From Verrucomicrobiota bacterium (lineage in GTDB: Bacteria > Verrucomicrobiota > Verrucomicrobiia > Opitutales > Coraliomargaritaceae), in the NCBI GenBank assembly GCA_039815375.1, contig JBCBZJ010000013.1, positions 1 to 64,000 of the forward strand: a DNA stretch of 64,000 bases, written 5' to 3'. The position numbers and the translations under genes were made by a program. Shown here piece by piece: positions 21,425 through 29,418 of the stretch. The notes beneath the pieces were generated by a model. The model ran no database searches, was not told the origin of the DNA, and worked only from the letters and a program-made list of their open reading frames with translations. How positions within the stretch are numbered: position 1 is the first letter of the stretch; the number at the start of each line of letters is the position of its first letter.

Positions 21425-24400
21425 TTACGATGCTTAGACATTTACTTCTTGCGATTAGCTTCGCTTCCCTAGTTGTCTTGCCGATGTGGGCCGACTTGCC
21501 CCGACGTGCTGTGATCGCGGCTCCTGCTGAGAGCCAGGAGGCAGTGGCGTCCTCTGCCGATGCAGTTGAGGACGCTTCACCCTTTCGTTTCAGTCCGATT
21601 GCCGATGGCACGGCTACGGATGCCGAAAATAATGAACTCGCCGGTCTCCTGACACAGTATGCGACTTCCGCCAAACCCTATGATTTTACATGGCTGGATG
21701 CATATCTAACAAAGTATCCAGATAGCGCGTGGAAGGGCGTCCTGTGCCTGAACCGTGGCCTTATTGAGCGTTATAACGGATTTATCGGCGCGTCATTCAA
21801 GTCGTTTGAGCAAGCTTGGGTATCACTCAAGGAGTCAGAGGACTTGATGCTTCGGGGATATGCCAACCATGCCCTTGCCGAGCTGATCTCAATCAAAGCT
21901 GGCCTTGGGCGGATGGATGAACTGGAAGTGCTTTTTGCGAAGACCGAAGGAAGGCGTTTTCATGGTAAATCTGCTCAGTTGATTTCCAGCGCCCGTGAAG
22001 GCCTGTCTTCGATGGAAAAATTCCCGGAGCGTTCCTTTAATTGCGGTCCGGCAGCCCTGCTCAATGTGCTGGCAACTTTAGGTGACGAAGCCGCAACTGA
22101 CCCCCGCATCATGTCTAAGGCCGCCACGACGGACGGCTTGAATTTGTGGCAAGTATCCGAATTGGCCCAGGAGGTTGGGTTCAACGAGCACATTCTGGCC
22201 TATCGCGAAAACGGCGGCATCCAACTGCCGGCGATCCTGCATTGGAAAGAAGGGCACTTTTCGGCTTTGTTGAGGCTGGAGAACAGTCGTTATCTCATTA
22301 AAGACCCCACGCTTGGCAATGTCATGTGGGTGCCGGAGGAAGCGGTCGATTCCGAAGCAAGCGGCTACTTCCTGTTGGCCAGAAGTGATGTGCCGGAGGG
22401 TTGGCGTGAAGTGGATTCGGGCGAAGCAGAAGATATCTGGGGTAAGGGTAAGGCCACGACTTATGAATTAGGTTCCACAAGACCTTACGACCTTAAGAAC
22501 TGTGAGGAAAATGGCAATCCCGGTATGCCCGGCCACAGTGTGCACCTGCTCGCTCTCAGCGTCAATGTGACCGATACCCCAATCTGGGTAAACACGCCCT
22601 ATGGCCCTTCAATGCATTTTACCGCGACCTACAACCAGCGTGAAATCAGCATTCCACTGACGGATCAGTTTGGTTTTATGGGCCTTAACTGGACGCATAA
22701 CTGGCAGTCCTGGATTGATGCCAACCCAGGCAACGGCAGCATTATCCCATTGGCCGCCACTCGCATGGTTGCCGGTGGCGGTAAAGAGGATTTTGAAATC
22801 AATAATGGCAGCACGGGCTATAAGCCGCAGCGCGATACGCAGGCTGACTTGGTCGCGCTGTTCGATGGGGGCAACTTGGACGGCTTTGAACTTAATTTTC
22901 CGGATGGCTCTAAATGGGTCTATCAGCATGAGCAGGCATACATGGCCAATTCTAACGCACGGTATTTCCTGACGAGCATTACTGATCCTTACGGTAATGC
23001 CGTTACGATAAATTACGACAGTGACGACCGCATTCAAAGCGTCGATTCCGGTGCAACAACGGCAGTTGATTTGAAATTTGCCTATGAGTTTAACGGCAGC
23101 GGCCAACCTGTTTGGCCCTCCTCCGCTTCATCCGATGTCGAAGATAATTTTATTCGCGCGGTCATTGGCCCGCAGGGGCGTTATGCCGAATTTGACTACA
23201 ACGACGACCTGATGGTGAAGCGTGTCGTAGATATGGCTGGAATGGAATCGACTTTCAGTTACAAGGATGTGAACAGCAACGTTTACATTGGTGCATACGC
23301 TACTCCTTACGGAACGACGGTCTTTGATTATCCAGAAACGAATGGCACGGATGATGTGGTCCGTGGTGTCGTCATCACCGATCCCGAAGGCCAGAAGGAA
23401 CGGCTGGAATACAATCAGGTAGATTTCAACTTTCCGGGAGAATTAGTTCCTTCCGGCACAGCCCTGGGCATTCACTTCTACGACGATCTTAATACCTATC
23501 ATTGGGACAAGCGCGCCATGGAAACTGCGGTGCAGACGGATGGCTCGGTTGATTACGGTGAAGCCACAATTTACCACTGGATGCTGGCGACCAGCCAGCA
23601 GGCCTCCTCTGTGCTCCACAGCATAAAGCGCCCGCTGGAGAACCGCGAGTGGCTGATTTACGATGATTCCCCGGATGGTGGCGCGACGATTGGCGCGACA
23701 AATCGTCCTTCTGCAAACGAGCGCTACGTAAAAGATGAATCCGGTGCCACCGTGCTCCGCACTACCGGGTTCGAATACAACAGCCTCGGGAACATGACCG
23801 GCAGCATCGATCCGAGGGGCCGCGAGCTGGAAATGAACTATGCCGCCAACGGCATCGACCTGCTCAATGTGAAGCAGCGCACCGGGGCCGGAGCCAACGA
23901 CTTTGAGACCCTGAACAGCTTCGATTACGATGAGGATAACGACGGTAACGATGACTTCCCGCGACTGCCTTCCCTGATCGATGGGGCGGATGGCGTTCGT
24001 CTGGACATGACTTACAATAGCGAGGGCCAAGTTACCTCTGCTATACGCAAAGAGCCGGACGGATCGGGCGGTTTCACCGACAAGGGCACGACAGACTACA
24101 CGTATTACACAACTGGCGATCACATCGGCTTTTTGGAGAAGATTGAAGGGCCAAGCGTGGGTGGTTCGCGTGCTACTACGACTTACACTTATGATGATTA
24201 CGGGAGGGTGGAGACAGCGACCGATACCGATGACTTTACGCTCACATATACATATGACGATCTCAACCGGATTGTTAAAATCGATTACCCGGACGGCACG
24301 CATATCGCCAACATCTACGAGCCCTTCAGTGACGGTCTGGATAGGATCGGCTTCCGTGACCGGATGGGCCGCATCTCGCAATTCCGGCACGATGATCTGG

Positions 24401-26991
24401 GCCGCGTCGTGCAGTCCATCGATCCTAAGGGCCAGAGCACCCTTTACCAGTGGTGTGGCTGCGGCTCACTCAATGCGCTGATCGACCCGAAGAGCCAGGC
24501 CACCACCTGGCAGCGCGATGTGCAGGGCCGCCTGACCAAAAAGGAGTATGCGGACGGCACCCGCATCGACTACGCCTACGAGCCTGAATCCGGCTTTATC
24601 AGCAAGGTGACGGACCAACGCGGCTATGAACAGGAGTTCAAATATTTTAAGGACGGCAATATCGAGGAAATCAGCTTCGATGACGGCGGCACTGCTGACC
24701 CCAATTACATCGATGCGCCAACTTTGACTTACGATTATGGTGATTTCACTGACCCTAATGATCCCAATCGCTATTTTAATCGCATCCATTCAGTTACTAC
24801 GGCAGGAGATCCTGACGATTACATCTACCAGTATTATGGCTTCACCGGAGATGGAAATGCCAACCGCCTGCAGAAAGTCACTATTTCCAAGCAGCGCGGT
24901 GCGCAAACGGTCAATAACGACATCGATTACGCTTACGATGATCTCGGACGCCTGCTGACCCGCAGCTTCAGGGGAGATACCGAGACCTACAATTATGACG
25001 ATTTGGACCGCCTAAATAGCTTAAGCGATCCTCTTGGCGACTTTATCTATAGCTATGACGAGCTCACCGCTCGCATCCTCAACGTTCAGCACTCGGTTTC
25101 CTCTGTTAACGGTATCCGCACCGATCTAGCCTATCAGAGTAAGATCGCCGGTGGTGAGGAGCGTAAGGTGCCTTACCTCAGCAGCATTAGCCACAGTAAT
25201 CCCTCCGGCACCGTCAGCGCTCATGCCTACCTGCGTAATGAAAACGGCTGGATTGATCTCTGGCAGCAGTTCGACGGCAGCCAGTGGCAGAGCCACAGTT
25301 ACCGCTATGACCAGCAGGGGCAGCTCCAGCGCGACCGCAAATATGACGGTCTCGATGAGAATAGCCCACTGCTCGAAAGTGAAGAATACCGCTACGACTT
25401 GGCGGGTAATCGGACTTTGTATAAAGACGGTAGTGCCCAGCTCAACGATAGACACAATAACCAGCTCAACCAGCTCAACCAGCTCACCGCACGCAGCAGC
25501 GAGGGTAGCGTGCTCTTCCACGGCACCATCAGCGAACCCGGTAAGGTCTTCGTTCAACAGCTCGACGGCAGCAACAACGTGCTCACCTCTACCGAAGCGC
25601 AGCTCTATGGCGGGAATGAATTTTACGCTTCCTTGGACTTGCCCGTCGGCAGTAACACCGTCCGAATTATCGCCACCGACATCCACGGCGAGAGCACCAC
25701 GCAAGATTACTCGGTTCCCGTGGCCGCAGACATTGGCGATAGCTTCACCCACGATGCAGCAGGAAACTTAACACAGTGGACGAAGGCTGACGGAACTGTC
25801 GTGAAATACAAATGGGATGCTGCGAATAGGCTCCGTGAAATTTTGGTCGATAGCGTCTCGATCAAGACCTTCGAATATGATGGTTCCGGGCGCATGGTCC
25901 GCGCGACCAGCGGAGGTCAGAGCGACGATTACTTCTGGGATGGCTTGGAGCGTTTAGGCCGCGAGAATGTAGATGCGACACCGACGGTCTATCGTCGCTA
26001 CTTAACCCAGGGCTTCACCGTGAGTCTCGACGGAGCCACTGCTTCGAATTACTACGTCCTCCGCGATCACTTAGGCAGCACGCGTGAAGTGCTCGACGGT
26101 ACTTACGCCACCGTCGCCACTTACGATTACTCGGCGTGGGGTGAAGTAAGTAAACTAAGCGGCACCGTCGACGCCGACCAGCTTTACACCGGGCATCTCT
26201 ACTTTGCGGACACCGAAACACCGCTGCACCTCGCGCCGTATCGGAGCTATCAGCCTGAGTTGGGGCGTTGGTTGCAGAGAGACTTTCTAGGAGAAACAGG
26301 ACCGGATGGACCAAACGTTTACGCTTACACCCAGAACAATCCTGTTAACTGGTTCGATGGCACCGGACTTTGGACTTCAGCTCATTCAGCTGTCGCAGTA
26401 GCTGCAGCATGGGGCGCTGGAGCGGGTGCTTTCGAAGGTGCAGTGACCAGCGTAGCTTTTCAGGCAATTGAAAATGCAGGCAATGGCGATTCCTGTGTGA
26501 ACGCTAGTGGTGGTATTGATGGTGGCCGTGTGTTGCAGGACGCTGTAATTGGTGCAGGCATCGGAGCAATCACTGCGGGTGTCGGAACCAAGTTCCAAAT
26601 CTTTGCTAAGATTGCTAATCGACTGAAGGGAGCCACAAACAAGTTTGCTCCGGGAGCATCTCGTCTAGTAAATGCGCCAAATGCTAAGATTGATCCGAGA
26701 AAGTTAACAGATTATGCCCTGAATCCGAATCATCCTGTTGGTGGTAACAAAGCAAAGGTGTTCGAATCAGCTCTTGGCTACAACCAGTCAAATGCACAAG
26801 GCTTACTCAAGCAGCTTCAACAAGGGGTTCTCAATAACACGCCTGTTGCTGGAAAAGTTGATAATTTCGGAAGTCGTTTCACTGTGGATATTCCCGTTAC
26901 AGGTCCTGGTGGAAGTGGAACTGTTCGAACTGGTTGGATATTTAAATCAGGGTCAAATACACCCGAGCTAACAACACTATTCGTAAAGTAA
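21421..26991 (+). CDS. RHS/YD-repeat polymorphic toxin: signal peptide + C39-like peptidase + RHS core + DUF6883-like C-terminal toxin
   Basis: NCGPAAL...LPAILHW..GHF...IKDP (C39); many YD repeats; RDHLGS, YSAWGE, RSYQPELGRWLQRD, PVNWFDGTGL core end; tip IDPRKLTDYALNPNHPVGGNKAKVF. Confidence 0.92.
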   Translation: MITMLRHLLLAISFASLVVLPMWADLPRRAVIAAPAESQEAVASSADAVEDASPFRFSPIADGTATDAENNELAGLLTQYATSAKPYDFTWLDAYLTKYPDSAWKGVLCLNRGLIERYNGFIGASFKSFEQAWVSLKESEDLMLRGYANHALAELISIKAGLGRMDELEVLFAKTEGRRFHGKSAQLISSAREGLSSMEKFPERSFNCGPAALLNVLATLGDEAATDPRIMSKAATTDGLNLWQVSELAQEVGFNEHILAYRENGGIQLPAILHWKEGHFSALLRLENSRYLIKDPTLGNVMWVPEEAVDSEASGYFLLARSDVPEGWREVDSGEAEDIWGKGKATTYELGSTRPYDLKNCEENGNPGMPGHSVHLLALSVNVTDTPIWVNTPYGPSMHFTATYNQREISIPLTDQFGFMGLNWTHNWQSWIDANPGNGSIIPLAATRMVAGGGKEDFEINNGSTGYKPQRDTQADLVALFDGGNLDGFELNFPDGSKWVYQHEQAYMANSNARYFLTSITDPYGNAVTINYDSDDRIQSVDSGATTAVDLKFAYEFNGSGQPVWPSSASSDVEDNFIRAVIGPQGRYAEFDYNDDLMVKRVVDMAGMESTFSYKDVNSNVYIGAYATPYGTTVFDYPETNGTDDVVRGVVITDPEGQKERLEYNQVDFNFPGELVPSGTALGIHFYDDLNTYHWDKRAMETAVQTDGSVDYGEATIYHWMLATSQQASSVLHSIKRPLENREWLIYDDSPDGGATIGATNRPSANERYVKDESGATVLRTTGFEYNSLGNMTGSIDPRGRELEMNYAANGIDLLNVKQRTGAGANDFETLNSFDYDEDNDGNDDFPRLPSLIDGADGVRLDMTYNSEGQVTSAIRKEPDGSGGFTDKGTTDYTYYTTGDHIGFLEKIEGPSVGGSRATTTYTYDDYGRVETATDTDDFTLTYTYDDLNRIVKIDYPDGTHIANIYEPFSDGLDRIGFRDRMGRISQFRHDDLGRVVQSIDPKGQSTLYQWCGCGSLNALIDPKSQATTWQRDVQGRLTKKEYADGTRIDYAYEPESGFISKVTDQRGYEQEFKYFKDGNIEEISFDDGGTADPNYIDAPTLTYDYGDFTDPNDPNRYFNRIHSVTTAGDPDDYIYQYYGFTGDGNANRLQKVTISKQRGAQTVNNDIDYAYDDLGRLLTRSFRGDTETYNYDDLDRLNSLSDPLGDFIYSYDELTARILNVQHSVSSVNGIRTDLAYQSKIAGGEERKVPYLSSISHSNPSGTVSAHAYLRNENGWIDLWQQFDGSQWQSHSYRYDQQGQLQRDRKYDGLDENSPLLESEEYRYDLAGNRTLYKDGSAQLNDRHNNQLNQLNQLTARSSEGSVLFHGTISEPGKVFVQQLDGSNNVLTSTEAQLYGGNEFYASLDLPVGSNTVRIIATDIHGESTTQDYSVPVAADIGDSFTHDAAGNLTQWTKADGTVVKYKWDAANRLREILVDSVSIKTFEYDGSGRMVRATSGGQSDDYFWDGLERLGRENVDATPTVYRRYLTQGFTVSLDGATASNYYVLRDHLGSTREVLDGTYATVATYDYSAWGEVSKLSGTVDADQLYTGHLYFADTETPLHLAPYRSYQPELGRWLQRDFLGETGPDGPNVYAYTQNNPVNWFDGTGLWTSAHSAVAVAAAWGAGAGAFEGAVTSVAFQAIENAGNGDSCVNASGGIDGGRVLQDAVIGAGIGAITAGVGTKFQIFAKIANRLKGATNKFAPGASRLVNAPNAKIDPRKLTDYALNPNHPVGGNKAKVFESALGYNQSNAQGLLKQLQQGVLNNTPVAGKVDNFGSRFTVDIPVTGPGGSGTVRTGWIFKSGSNTPELTTLFVK
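26632..26642 (+). repeat. Toxin-junction core GCCACAAACAA, copy A (inside the RHS gene)
   Basis: Exact 11-mer in frame as GCC ACA AAC AA(G), immediately before the toxin tip. Confidence 0.85.
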
Positions 26992-26996
26992 TTGGC

Positions 26997-27188
26997 ATGA
27001 AAGAGCATGATACAGTTCGACTAAAAACAGACGTAGAAGATTATGGCTTAAAAGCTGGAATGATTGGTGTCATCGTATGCGTTTTCGATGAACCCGAGAT
27101 TGCTTATGAAGTTGAATTTTCAAACGAGAAAGGAGAAACCATATGTGAGCTAGCGCTTTCTGCGGATAGTATTGAGTTCGTGGCATAA
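26997..27188 (+). CDS. DUF4926-like small protein, probable cognate immunity protein
   Basis: EHDTVRL...GLKAGMIGVIV...AYEVEF pattern; 5 bp after the toxin stop. Confidence 0.8.
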   Translation: MKEHDTVRLKTDVEDYGLKAGMIGVIVCVFDEPEIAYEVEFSNEKGETICELALSADSIEFVA

Positions 27189-27545
27189 TTTGTCGCCACA
27201 AACAACGCAATCCCATCAACGCTTGCTCGTGTTGTTCCTGACAATGCAGCGACTAGAGCTTCGGGCACATTAGGCAGATCGAATGCTGATGATGTTTTTG
27301 TTACAGCCGCAGAAGATATAAGAGGCTTAAACTCTGCTCAAATTGCTGAACGACTTACTATACAACCTAGCTCTACTGGTTTTAGGGTTACAGAATTTGC
27401 TACTCCACCTAACGGATTAGCTACGCCGATCAATCGCCTTGACGATGGCTTTATTGGCGGTGGTCGAACCGCTGGAGGAGCACGAGAGTTTGTTATTCCA
27501 AATGGCCCGATTCCACCTGGTGCAACAACGAGGACGATCCCATGA
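27189..27545 (+). pseudogene. Start-less orphan toxin domain, Ntox10-like (not in the ORF track)
   Basis: Own translation: FVATNNAIPSTLARVVP...DVFVTAAEDIRGLNSAQIAERLTI...EFATP...GFIGGGRTAGGAREFVIPNGPIPPGATTRTIP*; open for 118 codons, no start codon. Confidence 0.8.
27195..27205 (+). repeat. Toxin-junction core, copy B
   Basis: AATTTGTC-GCCACAAACAA. Confidence 0.85.
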
Positions 27546-27823
27546 GTAAAATAGAACCGAACGAAAAAGAGATCATTGGTAAGTGGTTATTTGAAGGCTC
27601 AAAAGTAACTGGCGATTCAGCATGTAAGCGAATCGAGGATCTAACTCAGAACTATCTCAAGGAGCTGGCTGCTGACGGAGAAGATTGGTCTATACTTTAT
27701 CAAGATCCAGAAGATCAGAGGTATTGGGAGTTTACTTATCCTCAAAGCCACATGCACGGTGGCGGGCCTCCAGCTTTGACTTTGCTTCAAGATGAGGAAG
27801 CGAAAGCTAAATACAAAATCTAG
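27542..27823 (+). CDS. Immunity protein, Imm27-like
   Basis: GKW...D.ACKRIE.L...W..LYQDP.D.RYWE.TYPQS.MHGGGPP; ATGA overlap with the orphan toxin stop. Confidence 0.8.
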   Translation: MSKIEPNEKEIIGKWLFEGSKVTGDSACKRIEDLTQNYLKELAADGEDWSILYQDPEDQRYWEFTYPQSHMHGGGPPALTLLQDEEAKAKYKI

Positions 27824-27843
27824 CCAACTCCGTTCGCTAAGTC

Positions 27844-28464
27844 ATGATTACGATTCTACGTTTCATTCTCTTCTTTCTGGTGGCACCAGCCTTTGCTATC
27901 GTAGCGCAAGCGGCTGGAAGCCTTCAGGATGATTTCCGCATCTTAGATGTTGATTTTCAGGCTGAGTTGGTCGCTTTAGATCTTACTGACGGTGAAATCT
28001 GCAACTACGACTCAAGCGGTGCACTGTTGCATCAACGCAAGAGCCTCGACGGCGAAGATCGCCTAATCGAATTCGAAGAATTGAAAACATCAGGGGCGGA
28101 ACGGCCCCTTTTTTTGTTTTTGGCCGAATTAGTAGCCACAAACAAGTTGGTCGATACCAATACGATTCGATTTACGCAAGATAGCATCAGTTCCAGATTT
28201 AGGGATGGTAGATCTGTTCAAGGGCTAATTGACGATTTGGGCTCTGGCAGAGTTTCGCCTAATGATCTGCCTCCGATTCGGACATTCCAGCAAGATGGAT
28301 TAACATTCACACTCGACAATCGTAGGCTCTTCGCGGCTGATCAGGCAGGTGTTCCGATCAGAACCGTTCCTGCTACGGCAGCCGAAGTTGCAAAAGAGCT
28401 CCCGAAAAAGTTTACGACGCCAAATCAAGGAACTATAATTGGTATCAGAGGTAAACTGGAATAG
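27844..28464 (+). CDS. Orphan module: signal-peptide-like leader fused at the junction to a ParB-like toxin domain
   Basis: After VATNK: IRFTQDSIS..F.DG....LPPIR....FTLDNRRL, a ParB-like toxin pattern. Confidence 0.7.
   Translation: MITILRFILFFLVAPAFAIVAQAAGSLQDDFRILDVDFQAELVALDLTDGEICNYDSSGALLHQRKSLDGEDRLIEFEELKTSGAERPLFLFLAELVATNKLVDTNTIRFTQDSISSRFRDGRSVQGLIDDLGSGRVSPNDLPPIRTFQQDGLTFTLDNRRLFAADQAGVPIRTVPATAAEVAKELPKKFTTPNQGTIIGIRGKLE
28092..28121 (+). terminator. Intrinsic-terminator-like hairpin just upstream of junction C
   Basis: AGGGGC-GGAACG-GCCCCT followed by TTTTTTGTTTTT. Confidence 0.6.
28135..28145 (+). repeat. Toxin-junction core, copy C
   Basis: GCCGAATTAGTA-GCCACAAACAA. Confidence 0.85.
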
Positions 28465-28475
28465 GAGAGCTAGAA

Positions 28476-28730
28476 ATGGAGCTACATGAAAAAATCGAAT
28501 CTATTGATTCTAAAGATCAACTCGTTGACTTTCTCAGTGCGTTAAAGTCGGATTTTTCTCAAAATAAAGAAGACTGGGAAAACCCGAATCTGGAAAGATA
28601 TTTGGATGCTATGGAAGCATGGACAGGCTCTTGGGAGAATCTCTACAAGAATACTGGTCGGGAGTTCCCGGAGCAACCTACGTGGAGCATGGTAGCTGAG
28701 ATGCTTTATGCCGCCAAGATTTACGAGTAG
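28476..28730 (+). CDS. Small acidic probable immunity protein
   Basis: 84 aa, WENPNLERYLDAMEAW...PTW...L.AAKIYE; AGGAG RBS; follows a toxin domain. Confidence 0.75.
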   Translation: MELHEKIESIDSKDQLVDFLSALKSDFSQNKEDWENPNLERYLDAMEAWTGSWENLYKNTGREFPEQPTWSMVAEMLYAAKIYE

Positions 28731-29034
28731 TATTCTAAGGCTGTTTATTGTGTTGCTGACTCTTTTCGGGAGTCAGACGGTAGCACTTGGGCAAATTGAC
28801 GCCGAATTTGTAGCCACAAACAAGGCGCCGAAAGTATTATTTGGACAACCCAATGTTAAATCGACCTTTGCTAATGGCCCATTCAAAGGGAAGTCGATCA
28901 ACGAAGTTTCTCAGGGGCTTAGGAATGGGACAATAAGTCCAGACCAATTACCTCTAGATGTTATTATTAGTAACCCCACATGCCAACCAATAGCGCGACT
29001 GCCATGTGGTGCCAAAATTGATGAAAAACATTGA
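28708..29034 (+). pseudogene. Third orphan module: short hydrophobic leader + truncated ParB-like toxin
   Basis: After EFVATNK: VLFGQ..V..TF..G.F.GKSI.EV...L..G.ISP..LP..VI, then similarity is lost near 28970 before any DNRR-type motif; no immunity gene follows. Confidence 0.6.
28813..28823 (+). repeat. Toxin-junction core, copy D
   Basis: GCCGAATTTGTA-GCCACAAACAA. Confidence 0.85.
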
Positions 29035-29418
29035 ATGCAGCTTCTCGGATACAACCCCCTCTTGTCAGGTTCGTCTGTTCTTGGCTACCGGCTTGAGCAG
29101 GAGGTTCGTTTTTCGAATGCTCCAACGGCTCTCACTGGACTTGCCCTTTCACAGACAGCCTGTGCTTACGAGCGTAAACCTCTCCTACGCTTTGCACATC
29201 CCAACGGCTTGCCCGCCTCGTACCGCTTTCCCCGTTAACCGATAGAAACCCGCTATTTGTTTCAACCTGAATTTCTGTTTCAAATGATAGGTAGGCATGC
29301 GACTGCTTCAATTATGTCGTATTCCGTGTAAGTGAAAGCGGGTCTGTAGTAAACGATTAAGCGAAATCCATTACTTCGCGGGTTTTCATCTCCGGCAGAT
29401 GCTTCTCTTTCATGTCTC

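Noticed and set aside
23443..25771. Long antisense and alternate-frame ORFs within the RHS gene (and similar ones in the sulfatase and pil genes)
   Set aside because: Shadow ORFs from codon bias of the real genes; no recognisable motifs
29035..29238. 67-aa ORF after the toxin array as an immunity gene or IS/intron remnant
   Set aside because: No recognisable family, terminal repeats or intron domain V
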